DNA from: a virus
Lineage: Duplodnaviria; Caudoviricetes
Strand: one strand, 5' to 3'
Length of the DNA: 38,757 bases
Virus record (IMG/VR): IMGVR_UViG_3300017780_008313
Coordinates: 1 to 38,757 of that record
The translations under genes and the position numbers were made by a program. This document shows, piece by piece, positions 1-9,220 of the stretch. The notes beneath the pieces were generated by a model. That model did no database searches. It was not told the origin of the DNA and saw nothing but the letters and a program-made list of their open reading frames with translations. Position 1 is the first letter of the stretch. Every line of letters begins with the position of its first letter.

Positions 1-1
1 A

Positions 2-685
2 CTAATAGATTTAGTTAATAAAAATGTAGAATTAGAAATACATTTTGCGTATGATAAAACTTTTAAGGATTTAGAGAAACACAATATACCTATAAATTGG
101 ATAAAACATGTTTATGATGATAGCATGATTTGGACAGATAGAATTGCAACAATTTTAAATGAAATAGACGATAAATACGTGTTATTTATCCATGAAGACT
201 GGTTGCCAACTAATAAAGTTACAAATGTTGTAGTTAATGATATGGTTATGTTTATGGAAAAAAATGAAATTGATTATTTATTAAGCTACTCACACATTTC
301 CACAACATCAATTCAAGAAGGTATACCAACTACTTACGATGATTATTTTTTCTATAAAGAAAAAAATCACATTTTTCAACCAGCTATATGGAAAACAAAA
401 ACGTTTAAAGAATTTTCAAACACTTTAAAAAAGGGCAAAAACCAGAATGAAGATGGAGATTGTTTAAATTTTATGGGCAGCAAAAACTGTTTCAGTGTTC
501 AAAATATAAAAACTGTTACTAGTCTAAGGACAACTAACTCTTTGTTTTTTCCACACATGCACGCTTTATCGCAAGGATTATGGAATTTTACAAAATACCC
601 ACAGTTAAAAGAATTATTAAATTCATATCATATTGACACTGATAGTAGAGGTATACATTCATGGTGGGAATTAGACACACAATAA
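2..685 (+). CDS. 5'-truncated putative glycosyltransferase-like protein
   Basis: The frame is open from position 2 (LIDLVNKNVELEIH...), so the gene starts before the window and not at 125. The YVLFIHEDW and QPAIW segments resemble GT-A-like proteins, and it sits in a glycan gene cluster. Confidence 0.5.
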   Translation, partial: LIDLVNKNVELEIHFAYDKTFKDLEKHNIPINWIKHVYDDSMIWTDRIATILNEIDDKYVLFIHEDWLPTNKVTNVVVNDMVMFMEKNEIDYLLSYSHISTTSIQEGIPTTYDDYFFYKEKNHIFQPAIWKTKTFKEFSNTLKKGKNQNEDGDCLNFMGSKNCFSVQNIKTVTSLRTTNSLFFPHMHALSQGLWNFTKYPQLKELLNSYHIDTDSRGIHSWWELDTQ

Positions 686-704
686 CTTATTAATAAATAA
701 AAAC

Positions 705-1064
705 ATGAATAGACCAAAAACAATTTTTTTAGATATTGATGGAACACTTATTGAGCATTCCGAAAACATTGCAGAGCAATTTACTAAAACCCCTAAACTT
801 TTAGATGGTACTTTAGAAAAGTTATCTGAATGGGATAAAAAAGGTTATAATATTATTTTAACTACTGGTAGACGTGAGGGTGTTAGAGATATAACCACTA
901 AACAATTAGCAGAATTAGGTATATTCTACGATCAACTAATTATGGGTTTAGGTGGTGGGATTAGAGTCATTATAAATGATAGAAAAAAAGATAAAGAAAA
1001 TGACACAGCAATAGCGATAAATCTCAAAAGAAATGAGGGTATAGGTAATATAGAAAATTTATGA
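705..1064 (+). CDS. Small HAD-superfamily phosphatase (capsule-biosynthesis type)
   Basis: Motif I FLDIDGTL, motif II ILTTGR, and a YDQLIMG segment; 119 aa capless HAD. Confidence 0.8.
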   Translation: MNRPKTIFLDIDGTLIEHSENIAEQFTKTPKLLDGTLEKLSEWDKKGYNIILTTGRREGVRDITTKQLAELGIFYDQLIMGLGGGIRVIINDRKKDKENDTAIAINLKRNEGIGNIENL

Positions 1065-1636
1065 AACACATTGAATTAGGTTGCAAATTAATGGATGAAA
1101 AATATAAACACATTTTAGAATTTGGTGTTTATAAAGGTAGAACAATAAATTTGATTAGAAATTATTTTTCTAAAGACTATAAAGTTTTTGGTTTTGATTC
1201 CTTTGAAGGGTTACCAGAAGATTGGGTAGATTTAAATAAAAATATCGCTGGAGATGGTGTTTGTGTCAAAGGGTTCTTTTCAACCAATAATGAAATCCCA
1301 GACATCAAAGATGTTAAATTTTACAAAGGTTGGTTTGAGAATACAATACATGAATATTTAAAAGAAGTAGAAGATATTGGCTTATTACATGTGGATTGTG
1401 ACCTATATTCATCAACAAAAACAGTTCTTTATAACCTTAATGATTATATTAAACCAAACACTATTATAGTCTTTGATGAATGGGTTTATTATAGTGGGGG
1501 TAATGATAGAAATGATGACCATGAACAAAAATGTTTTTATGAATGGGTTAAAGATTTTAATAGGGAATATGAATTAATAAACCATTACGATGGAACATCA
1601 AGTAATGAACAACAAATAGTTAAAATTTTAAAATGA
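1061..1636 (+). CDS. TylF/MycF-like class I SAM-dependent O-methyltransferase
   Basis: LEFGVYKG, FGFDSFEGLP, KGWF, LLHVDCDLYSST and IVFDE motifs. Confidence 0.85.
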   Translation: MKHIELGCKLMDEKYKHILEFGVYKGRTINLIRNYFSKDYKVFGFDSFEGLPEDWVDLNKNIAGDGVCVKGFFSTNNEIPDIKDVKFYKGWFENTIHEYLKEVEDIGLLHVDCDLYSSTKTVLYNLNDYIKPNTIIVFDEWVYYSGGNDRNDDHEQKCFYEWVKDFNREYELINHYDGTSSNEQQIVKILK

Positions 1637-1989
1637 TGAAAAAAGAAATTACAAAAGTTGATAAACCATGGGGATGGGAAAAATGGATTGAAGTTAACAA
1701 TAATTATGTTGTTAAAGAATTATTCATGACAGCTGGTAACAGTTGCAGCTTACAGTACCATGAAAAAAAACATGAATCTTTTTATGTTTTAAAAGGTCAA
1801 ATTAAATTTGAAATTGGCCCAGACAAAGACACCTTAACTGAAATGATTTTAAATGAAGGTGAGTATTACACGATTGAACCATTTGTAGTTCATAGAATGT
1901 CGGCAATTGTTGACAGTTTATATTTAGAAAGTTCTACAAATTTTCTAGATGACGTTATTAGAATAGAAGATAAATATGGAAGAGTATAA
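1633..1989 (+). CDS. Cupin protein (mannose-6-phosphate isomerase C-terminal-like)
   Basis: KPWG, SLQYHEKKHESFYVLKG and a downstream VHR cupin motif. Confidence 0.85.
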   Translation: MMKKEITKVDKPWGWEKWIEVNNNYVVKELFMTAGNSCSLQYHEKKHESFYVLKGQIKFEIGPDKDTLTEMILNEGEYYTIEPFVVHRMSAIVDSLYLESSTNFLDDVIRIEDKYGRV

Positions 1990-3526
1990 AGTTTTAATAA
2001 CAACTAGCGGCATAGGATCTAGATTGGGCAACTTAACAAACTTTACTAATAAGTGTTTAGTACGCATAGGTAAAAAACCTGCTATTTCATATATCATTGA
2101 ATTATATCCTGAAGATATTGAAATTGTTATCACATTAGGTTATTTCGGTAATCAAGTTAAAGATTTTTTAACACTAGCATATCCAAGTAGAAAATTTAAA
2201 TTTATTATTGTTGATAAATTTGAAGGTGAAGGTTCTAGTTTAGGATATTCAATTTTAAAAGCTAAAGATGAATTACAGTGTCCATTTATTTTTCATGCTG
2301 CTGATACAATTATAACAGAAAAAATACAAGCGCCAATTAAAAATTGGTTAGGCGCACAATTCAAAGAAAATAATTCACAGTACAGAACTATATCATATAT
2401 ATCCAGTAGAATGATAAATGAAAAGGGTGATTTAAATTCTAAATTTGCTTACATTGGCTTGGCTGGTATCAATGATTATCAATTATTTTGGGATTCATTA
2501 ACTGAAGAATACGAATCGAATGTAAATGATACATCATTAAGTGATTGTCATGCCATCAATAAAATGAATGTTAAGTGGGAAGTTATTGAATATTTTAAAT
2601 GGTTAGATATTGGAAATGTGTCTGAATTAAAACACGCTAGAGAAGTGATACACGATAAATTTGAATTACTAGATAAAGTTGATGAATCAATATTTTTATT
2701 TGATAATTTTGTTATTAAATTTTTCTACAATAAAAAAATATGCGAAAATAGAATTCAAAGGTGTCAAGAGTTATCTGGACTAACGCCAAAATTATTAGCA
2801 TACCGCGATAACTTTTATAAATATGAATATGCTGTTGGTGACTTATTGGCAAATGTTGTTAATGAAATTATTTTTGATAACTTTTTAGATTGGAGTAAAA
2901 AAAATCTATGGATTAAAAACGGTAAATCTGAAGAATTTAAAAAAATAACAAAAGAATTTTATTTTGATAAAACTTATAAACGACTAGAAAAATTATTTAA
3001 CAATAATAAAATTGATGACACACCAATTTTAATTAATGGGTTAATGGTGCCATCGGCAATTGACATGCTAAAACAGATAGATGTAAACTGGTTATGTTCA
3101 GAATACTTTTATCAATTCCACGGTGATTATATATTAGACAATATTATATATAAAAATAAAAGTGAATTTGTTCTTTTGGACTGGAGACAAGATTTCGGTG
3201 GTAATTTAAAAAATGGTGATATATATTATGATTTAGCTAAATTAAACCATAACTTGGTTTTTAATCACGATATAGTGCGTAAAGGATTATACTTAGTAAA
3301 CAAATCTGAAAATACTGTTAGATGCGATATTTTAAGAAGCGATATATTAACAAATTGTAGAGAAAAATTACATAAATGGGTTATTGATAATGATTTAGAT
3401 TTACAAAAAGTTCAAATATTAACCGCTATCATTTGGTTAAATATGGCCCCATTGCACGAACATAAAATGGGTGAATTTTTATATTATTTTGGCCGTTTTA
3501 ATCTTTACAAAAACCTTTATTTATAA
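1976..3526 (+). CDS. Nucleotidyltransferase fused to an APH/choline-kinase-like phosphotransferase
   Basis: N-terminal ITTSGIGSRL...NKCL NTP-transferase motif and WLDIG; C-terminal HGDYILDNI, LLDWR and DIYYDLAKL kinase motifs. Confidence 0.8.
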   Translation: MEEYKVLITTSGIGSRLGNLTNFTNKCLVRIGKKPAISYIIELYPEDIEIVITLGYFGNQVKDFLTLAYPSRKFKFIIVDKFEGEGSSLGYSILKAKDELQCPFIFHAADTIITEKIQAPIKNWLGAQFKENNSQYRTISYISSRMINEKGDLNSKFAYIGLAGINDYQLFWDSLTEEYESNVNDTSLSDCHAINKMNVKWEVIEYFKWLDIGNVSELKHAREVIHDKFELLDKVDESIFLFDNFVIKFFYNKKICENRIQRCQELSGLTPKLLAYRDNFYKYEYAVGDLLANVVNEIIFDNFLDWSKKNLWIKNGKSEEFKKITKEFYFDKTYKRLEKLFNNNKIDDTPILINGLMVPSAIDMLKQIDVNWLCSEYFYQFHGDYILDNIIYKNKSEFVLLDWRQDFGGNLKNGDIYYDLAKLNHNLVFNHDIVRKGLYLVNKSENTVRCDILRSDILTNCREKLHKWVIDNDLDLQKVQILTAIIWLNMAPLHEHKMGEFLYYFGRFNLYKNLYL

Positions 3527-3532
3527 TATAAT
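3504..3532 (+). promoter_or_regulatory. sigma70-like promoter TTTACA-17-TATAAT, 6 nt before ATG 3539
   Basis: Near-consensus hexamers with a 17-nt spacer, read directly from the sequence. Confidence 0.6.
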
Positions 3533-3538
3533 AATCCT

Positions 3539-4849
3539 ATGAAAGCGAAATTATTTATAGGACCAATGAGTAAAAATGTTGTAGATGCAATAATTGACTA
3601 CGCTAATAATAATAATGCAGAAATTGGTATAATACCATCTAGGCGACAAATTGAAAAAGATGGTGGTTATGTTAATAACTGGACGACAAAAGATTTTTGT
3701 GAATACGTTAAAAGCAAATCGAATAAGATTTTACTAGTTAGGGACCACTGCGGACCATTACAAGGTAATTTTGAAGACGATGGGATAGAATCCTTTAAAG
3801 AAGATTGCAAATATTTTGACGTTGTACATATTGATGTATGGAAAAAACACAAAAACTATCTAGATGGGTTAAACGCTACAATAGATTTCATTATGATGGG
3901 TTTTGCAGAAAACCCAAATTTATATTACGAAATAGGGACTGAAGAAGCTATAAGACCTTTCTCATCAGAAGAGCTAGAGAACTTAATAAATGATTTAAAA
4001 ATAAAATTACCATCTAATGTTTATAAAAATATAAAATATGTTGTAATTCAATCAGGAACAGCACTTAAAGGTAATAAAAATATAGGTAATTATGATAACT
4101 CTAGATTAATTAAAATGTTAGAAGTTGCCAAAAAACATAGTCTGATATCAAAAGAGCATAATGGAGACTATATACACGATAATATTTTATCTAATAAATT
4201 TATTTGTGGTTTAAATGGTATTAATATTGCGCCAGAATTTGGGCAATTAGAGACAAAAATTATTTTAGAAGAAATAGGCGATAATCAAGATTTATTAGAA
4301 AAATTTTATCAAATATGTTATGAATCAAAAAGATGGGTAAAATGGGTTTCACATGATTTTAATCCTTTTCAAAAAAAAATAGAATTAATCAATATTTGTG
4401 GACATTATGTCTTCTCAAATCCAGAGTTTATTCAAATAAAAAAATTATTAAACATAAATGTTGATAGTAAAATAAAAAATAAAATAATAGAGAGAATTGA
4501 TAGATTTATGCAAAATCTTAAAATTGATAAAAAAGAAATTTTAATATCTTATTTTGAAATGTTTTCGAACAAAGATATACAAGGGTTGACAGATATTTTT
4601 GATGAAAATATAACATTAGTAGATTGGGAAAACTCATCTAATGGTAAAGATGATGTTATTAAAGCAAATCAAAATATCTTCAATAATGTTAATACAATTA
4701 AGGTTGATGTGATAAATATTTTCGAAAAAGAAGATGAATTTTCTTGCCAAATATTAATAACAATAAATGGTAATGATATTTTAGAAGTTGTTGATGTTAT
4801 TAAATTTAAAGATAATAAAATTATATCAGTTAAAGCGTATAAAGGATGA
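3539..4849 (+). CDS. GatZ/KbaZ-like TIM-barrel sugar-phosphate enzyme fused to a C-terminal SnoaL/NTF2-like domain
   Basis: LVRDHCGP, HID, EIGTEE, KEHNGDY and NIAPEFG motifs. The last ~105 aa (YFEMFSNKDI...VVDVIKF...IISVKAY) have the SnoaL pattern. Confidence 0.6.
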   Translation: MKAKLFIGPMSKNVVDAIIDYANNNNAEIGIIPSRRQIEKDGGYVNNWTTKDFCEYVKSKSNKILLVRDHCGPLQGNFEDDGIESFKEDCKYFDVVHIDVWKKHKNYLDGLNATIDFIMMGFAENPNLYYEIGTEEAIRPFSSEELENLINDLKIKLPSNVYKNIKYVVIQSGTALKGNKNIGNYDNSRLIKMLEVAKKHSLISKEHNGDYIHDNILSNKFICGLNGINIAPEFGQLETKIILEEIGDNQDLLEKFYQICYESKRWVKWVSHDFNPFQKKIELINICGHYVFSNPEFIQIKKLLNINVDSKIKNKIIERIDRFMQNLKIDKKEILISYFEMFSNKDIQGLTDIFDENITLVDWENSSNGKDDVIKANQNIFNNVNTIKVDVINIFEKEDEFSCQILITINGNDILEVVDVIKFKDNKIISVKAYKG

Positions 4850-4874
4850 TTAATTTGGTATGTTTAACAAACAA

Positions 4875-4903
4875 TTGATTTTTTATAAAAATTATTATAG
4901 TAT
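4875..4903 (+). promoter_or_regulatory. sigma70-like promoter TTGATT-17-TAGTAT, 6 nt before ATG 4910
   Basis: Hexamers and spacing seen directly; the AT-rich context lowers specificity. Confidence 0.45.
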
Positions 4904-4909
4904 ATTAAT

Positions 4910-6049
4910 ATGAATTTAAACTTCAAGGAAACTTATTATGGAAAAAAAATAGATACTTCTAATATTTTTAGTATTGAAGATGCTAGTAGAATTATTAATG
5001 GAAGAAAGACGGTGGTAATAACTGGAGTAACTGGTCAAGATGGAAGTCATATGATTGATTTTTTACTTAAAAATACGGATTATGTTATTTTTGGCGGTGT
5101 CAGAAGATTGAGCGTATATAATCATGAAAATATTAAACATATTAAATCTGATAGATTTTATCTCATTAATTTTGATCTAACAGATTCTCATGCAATATCT
5201 CGAACTGTAGAAAAACTACAACCAGATTATTTTATTAATTTTGCTGCGCAAAGTTTCGTTGCAAGTAGCTGGGATTTTGCTCGTCAAACTTGGCAAACTA
5301 ATTCTACCGCTGTACTTGATATTTTAGAAGCAATAAGGCTTTACAAACCATCTTGTAGGCTTTATCAAGCTGGATCAAGTGAAGAATTTGGAAATGTACA
5401 ATATACCCCTCAAGATGAAAATCACCCATTAAAACCAAGAAGTCCATATGGAGCAAGTAAAGCGGCTTCTAGGCAATTGGTAAAAGTGTATAGAGAATCT
5501 TATAATATTTACGCTATTCAAGGATGGTTATTCAATCATGAGGGAACAAGGAGAGGCGAAGAATTTGTTACTAGAAAAATTACAAAAAATGTAGCTCGAA
5601 TTCATAGAGCAATCAAAAGTAAAGAAGAATTTCAACCACTTGAATTAGGAAATATTGAAGCTAAACGAGATTGGAGTGATGCAGAAGATTTTATAGAAGG
5701 AGTTTGGATGATCTTAAATCAAGATAAATATAATTCAAATTATGATGGAACACCAAAAGAATATATTTTGTCATCTAATGAAACTCATACAATTAAAGAG
5801 TTTGCGGAAAAAGCTTTTGCATGTGCTGGAATCGATGGAGAGTGGATAGGAGAGAAGGAACACGAAGTGTATTTATCTAATGATAAAAAAGTATTAATTC
5901 AGATTAATCCAAAATTTTATAGACCAGCCGAAGTAGAACTTCTACTTGGAGATTCCAATAAAGCGAGAAAAGAATTGAACTGGGAGCCAAAGATTTCATT
6001 CGACAAACTTATTGAAAAAATGGTCAAATGGGATCTAGTTTATCTTTGA
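4910..6049 (+). CDS. gmd: GDP-mannose 4,6-dehydratase
   Basis: ITGVTGQDGS, AAQSFV, YQAGSSEEFG, PRSPYGASK, LFNHE..RRGEEFVTRKIT, RDW and RPAEVELLLGD. Confidence 0.93.
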   Translation: MNLNFKETYYGKKIDTSNIFSIEDASRIINGRKTVVITGVTGQDGSHMIDFLLKNTDYVIFGGVRRLSVYNHENIKHIKSDRFYLINFDLTDSHAISRTVEKLQPDYFINFAAQSFVASSWDFARQTWQTNSTAVLDILEAIRLYKPSCRLYQAGSSEEFGNVQYTPQDENHPLKPRSPYGASKAASRQLVKVYRESYNIYAIQGWLFNHEGTRRGEEFVTRKITKNVARIHRAIKSKEEFQPLELGNIEAKRDWSDAEDFIEGVWMILNQDKYNSNYDGTPKEYILSSNETHTIKEFAEKAFACAGIDGEWIGEKEHEVYLSNDKKVLIQINPKFYRPAEVELLLGDSNKARKELNWEPKISFDKLIEKMVKWDLVYL

Positions 6050-6089
6050 AAATGAAATGTCAAAATTTCATAAATAGAAAATTACATAT

Positions 6090-6950
6090 ATGAAAAAAAT
6101 TTTATTACTCGGCAAAGGATATATTGGATTAAATTTTTATGAATATTTGAAATGTAAATCAGATATTCAAGTACAAATCTTTTCACAAAAAAATTTAAAT
6201 TATTTAGATTTAAATGTTTTACAAGAATATTTAAAAGATAAAAAAATAGATTATATTGTGAATTGTGCTGGATATACTGGCAGACCAAATGTAGAAGGGT
6301 GTGAAAATAATAAGGAAATATGTTGGTTGTATAATGTAAAGCTTCCAATTCTTTTAACCGAAGCGGCAATGCATTTAAATATACCAATTATTCATATTAG
6401 TAGTGGATGCGTATACACTGGACATGAAAAAGATTATAGTGAAGAAGATGAACCTAATTTTGGGATATATAATCAGAATAGTAGCTTCTATAGCAAAACT
6501 AAACATGCTTGTGAGCTATCTTTGAAAGGTACAAAATCGTATATTTTTAGAATAAGAATGCCCTTTTCTGAAAAATCTTCGGATCGTAATTATATAAACA
6601 AAATTCTTAAATATGATAGTCTTATAAGTTATAGAAATAGCCTAACAAATATTGATGATCTCAATGAATTTATTTATAAATTTATTAGTTTGAAAATCGC
6701 ACCAAGCTATGGGATATATAACGTAACAAACCAAGGATCTGCTACAGCTAAAGAAATCGTAGATATATTAAAAAAATACAAGTTAAAAAATAATAATTGG
6801 AAATTTTTAGAACAAGAAGATATAGGTTTTAAAGTTGCTCGAAGTAATTGTGTTCTTTCAACAGAAAAAATCAAACAATTAGATCTTGAATTACCAAATA
6901 TTTTCATTAGCATGGAAGATTCTATTCGCAAATTTAAACTTAATGCCTGA
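6090..6950 (+). CDS. NDP-4-keto-6-deoxyhexose 3,5-epimerase/4-reductase-like SDR (NRS/ER, RmlD-related)
   Basis: LGKGYIG, NCAGYTGRPNVEGCE, SSGCVY, SFYSKTK, RIRMP and RSNCVL match the NRS/ER (UER1) signature. Confidence 0.8.
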   Translation: MKKILLLGKGYIGLNFYEYLKCKSDIQVQIFSQKNLNYLDLNVLQEYLKDKKIDYIVNCAGYTGRPNVEGCENNKEICWLYNVKLPILLTEAAMHLNIPIIHISSGCVYTGHEKDYSEEDEPNFGIYNQNSSFYSKTKHACELSLKGTKSYIFRIRMPFSEKSSDRNYINKILKYDSLISYRNSLTNIDDLNEFIYKFISLKIAPSYGIYNVTNQGSATAKEIVDILKKYKLKNNNWKFLEQEDIGFKVARSNCVLSTEKIKQLDLELPNIFISMEDSIRKFKLNA

Positions 6951-6979
6951 CGTAAATAATCTAGGATTTAAAAAAGATA

Positions 6980-7007
6980 TTGACATTTATCAAGGAATAA
7001 GTAAACT
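6980..7007 (+). promoter_or_regulatory. sigma70-like promoter TTGACA-16-TAAACT, 6 nt before ATG 7014
   Basis: Perfect -35 in an intergenic gap at the start of the replication block. Confidence 0.6.
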
Positions 7008-7013
7008 ATTATA

Positions 7014-7349
7014 ATGACACCTCATAAACTGTGCCAATTCATAATAAAAAAATACATTAATCAAAAAGTAGACTGGCCAAGAGAAATTAAAATAGCTCAA
7101 AAATTAATTAAAACCTATAAAGGGTATTCTTTTTGGAATGGGCTTAAGTCTGCTAATTTACCTAGCCTAGCATTCTTTTTAACAGAAGATGGTAAGAAAT
7201 TTATAGCTATGGAAAAAATCAAAGATAATTTAGATCTAGATAAGCCAATTAAATTCGAAATACAAGAAATAAAAATTGGAGAAGATAAAAAAGTTTGCAA
7301 AAAACCTAAAAGTCTGTTAGACTTTATAAACTATGGGAAGAAAACCTAA
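7014..7349 (+). CDS. Hypothetical protein
   Basis: 111-aa ORF after a promoter, overlapping the RecA-like gene; no motif recognised. Confidence 0.7.
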   Translation: MTPHKLCQFIIKKYINQKVDWPREIKIAQKLIKTYKGYSFWNGLKSANLPSLAFFLTEDGKKFIAMEKIKDNLDLDKPIKFEIQEIKIGEDKKVCKKPKSLLDFINYGKKT

Positions 7350-8478
7350 AGATCAAGAGCCAGTACAAGATACTGGACCTAGCGCAAAGAGTAGATTATC
7401 TTCATTTTTAAAAGAAAATAAAGATGATCATTATAATTATGAAGAAGAGATTTATTACAAAGTATCTACTGGAAGTTTAAATTTAGATATTGCAACAAGC
7501 GGAGGCTTATGTCCAGGATTACATAGGTTTATTGGAATGAATGAGGGTGGAAAAACTTCAGAAGCATTAGAGGTTATGAAGAATTTCCTTAAAACAGTAA
7601 AAGATTCTAAAGCTCTTTTATTCAAAGCAGAAGGAAGATTAAGTAAAGAAATCAAAGAAAGGTCTGGAATAAAATTCGTAACTTCTGCCGAGGAATGGGA
7701 AGACGGTACATGCTTTGTTTTTGAATGTAATATTTTCGAAACAGTTTCTGAGCTTATGAAAGACCTCATTCAGAATAATGATGAAGGCAAAAGATATATG
7801 TTCGTGTTGGATTCGGTTGACGGATTAATGACTAAAGGAGATAGTCTTAAAAGCATGACAGAGGCAACAAAAGTTGCAGGTGGCGCAGTAATATCCTCAA
7901 TGCTTATGAAAAGAATATCGTTGGCTCTTTCTAAGCGTGGGCATATGGCTATATTCATTAGCCAAGTCCGTTCAGATATTAAACTCGATCCATATGCTGC
8001 CAATAAAGATATCCGACAAACTACCGCAACTGGTGGAAACGCTCTTTTGCATTTTGCTAATTGGATTCTTGAATTTGAACCAAAGTTTGGCAAAGATCTT
8101 ATACTCGAAAAACCAAATGAAAGATACGATCAAGTTAAAAACAAGATAATTGGGCATAACGTTAAAATTGTTATCAAAAAATCAACTAATGAAACTACAA
8201 ATTCAAAAGTTCAATATCCTATTAAGTACGGAAGGAAAGACGGTTCTTCAGTATGGAGAGAGTACGAAATTATTGATCAAATTCTTTCTTGGGAGTTTGC
8301 ATCTGCTAAAGGAGCATGGGTTACTTTCACAGATGAAATTATAGAAGAACTTAAAAAAGAAAATTTAGAATTAAAAAAACAGCATCAAGGAGTAGATAAT
8401 CTTAGATCTTACTTAGAAGATAATAGACCTATTGTAGATTATTTTTATAATAAATTCATTAATACCTTGGCACTATGA
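7333..8478 (+). CDS. RecA/UvsX-like recombinase
   Basis: STGSLNLDIA..GGL..G, Walker A GMNEGGKTS, Walker B FVLDSV, IFISQVR, TGGNALLHFA and KGAW. Confidence 0.9.
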   Translation: MGRKPKDQEPVQDTGPSAKSRLSSFLKENKDDHYNYEEEIYYKVSTGSLNLDIATSGGLCPGLHRFIGMNEGGKTSEALEVMKNFLKTVKDSKALLFKAEGRLSKEIKERSGIKFVTSAEEWEDGTCFVFECNIFETVSELMKDLIQNNDEGKRYMFVLDSVDGLMTKGDSLKSMTEATKVAGGAVISSMLMKRISLALSKRGHMAIFISQVRSDIKLDPYAANKDIRQTTATGGNALLHFANWILEFEPKFGKDLILEKPNERYDQVKNKIIGHNVKIVIKKSTNETTNSKVQYPIKYGRKDGSSVWREYEIIDQILSWEFASAKGAWVTFTDEIIEELKKENLELKKQHQGVDNLRSYLEDNRPIVDYFYNKFINTLAL

Positions 8479-8894
8479 GGCTTTTAAACGTTAACGGAAA
8501 ACTCGTTAATAAAAATGTTAGAAGATACTTAATTAATTGGGAAGCTAAAAGCAGAAGCAAACTTCAATATAATTTTAAAAAATTCTTTTATCCTTATTGG
8601 AAAAATCATATAGTTTATGAAGAGTTCCCTGTTTATGGTAGCATGCTTAAGATAGATTTATTAAATGCAACAAAAAAGATAGCCGTAGAGATACAAGGTT
8701 CTCAACATGAATCCTTTAATAAATTTTTTCATGATAACTCAAGATTAAAATATCTTGAAAGTATAAAGAGAGATGTTAAAAAAGAAAAATGGATAGATAT
8801 GAATGGATTTAAATTTATAGAATTGTATGAAAACGACCTTAAAACTTTATCACCACAATATATAGAAGAAAAATGCGGCGTACTTATTATTTAA
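8475..8894 (+). CDS. DUF559/Vsr-like endonuclease
   Basis: EEFPV...KIDLL....IAVEIQGSQH and RD..K motifs. Confidence 0.75.
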   Translation: MRLLNVNGKLVNKNVRRYLINWEAKSRSKLQYNFKKFFYPYWKNHIVYEEFPVYGSMLKIDLLNATKKIAVEIQGSQHESFNKFFHDNSRLKYLESIKRDVKKEKWIDMNGFKFIELYENDLKTLSPQYIEEKCGVLII

Positions 8895-8900
8895 GTGTAA
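8893..8900 (+). promoter_or_regulatory. AAGTGTAA motif (candidate phage-specific promoter), 9 nt before GTG 8910
   Basis: Same motif and spacing as upstream of the 23916(-) gene. Confidence 0.45.
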
Positions 8901-8909
8901 AACTTTATA

Positions 8910-9179
8910 GTGACTAATAAGAAGAAATTCAACTTCCCAGAATCTTTATTAAAACAGATTGACGAGTGCAGTTACGGTGGATATATTTTATTTAATTTCT
9001 CAGCAAAAGGTGAGCCTCAAGTATATACAAAATTTGATAATCAAATAAATGCTATGGCACTTTTATATTATTTAAATACATGGGGTCAAAGTGTTGATCA
9101 ATTAAATTTCGAAGCTACCACAGATTTAATTAATAGAAATAACGAAAAGCTAGATGAAGATAATGACGAGGATAGTTAA
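8910..9179 (+). CDS. Hypothetical protein with acidic C-terminus
   Basis: 89-aa ORF with a GTG start that fills the gap before dnaB. Confidence 0.7.
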   Translation: MTNKKKFNFPESLLKQIDECSYGGYILFNFSAKGEPQVYTKFDNQINAMALLYYLNTWGQSVDQLNFEATTDLINRNNEKLDEDNDEDS

Positions 9180-9182
9180 AAC

Positions 9183-9211
9183 TTGACTTTTGATTTTTAG
9201 TTTGGTATCAT
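9183..9211 (+). promoter_or_regulatory. sigma70-like promoter TTGACT-17-TATCAT with extended -10 TG
   Basis: Intergenic, near consensus, 9 nt before the dnaB ATG. Confidence 0.7.
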
Positions 9212-9220
9212 ATATATTGA

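Noticed and set aside
1-6950. Giant eukaryotic virus or bacterial chromosome origin suggested by the sugar genes
   Set aside because: The contiguous lambda-like tail genes, tape measure protein, DnaB/DnaG/DnaE and sigma70-like promoters point to a tailed bacteriophage.
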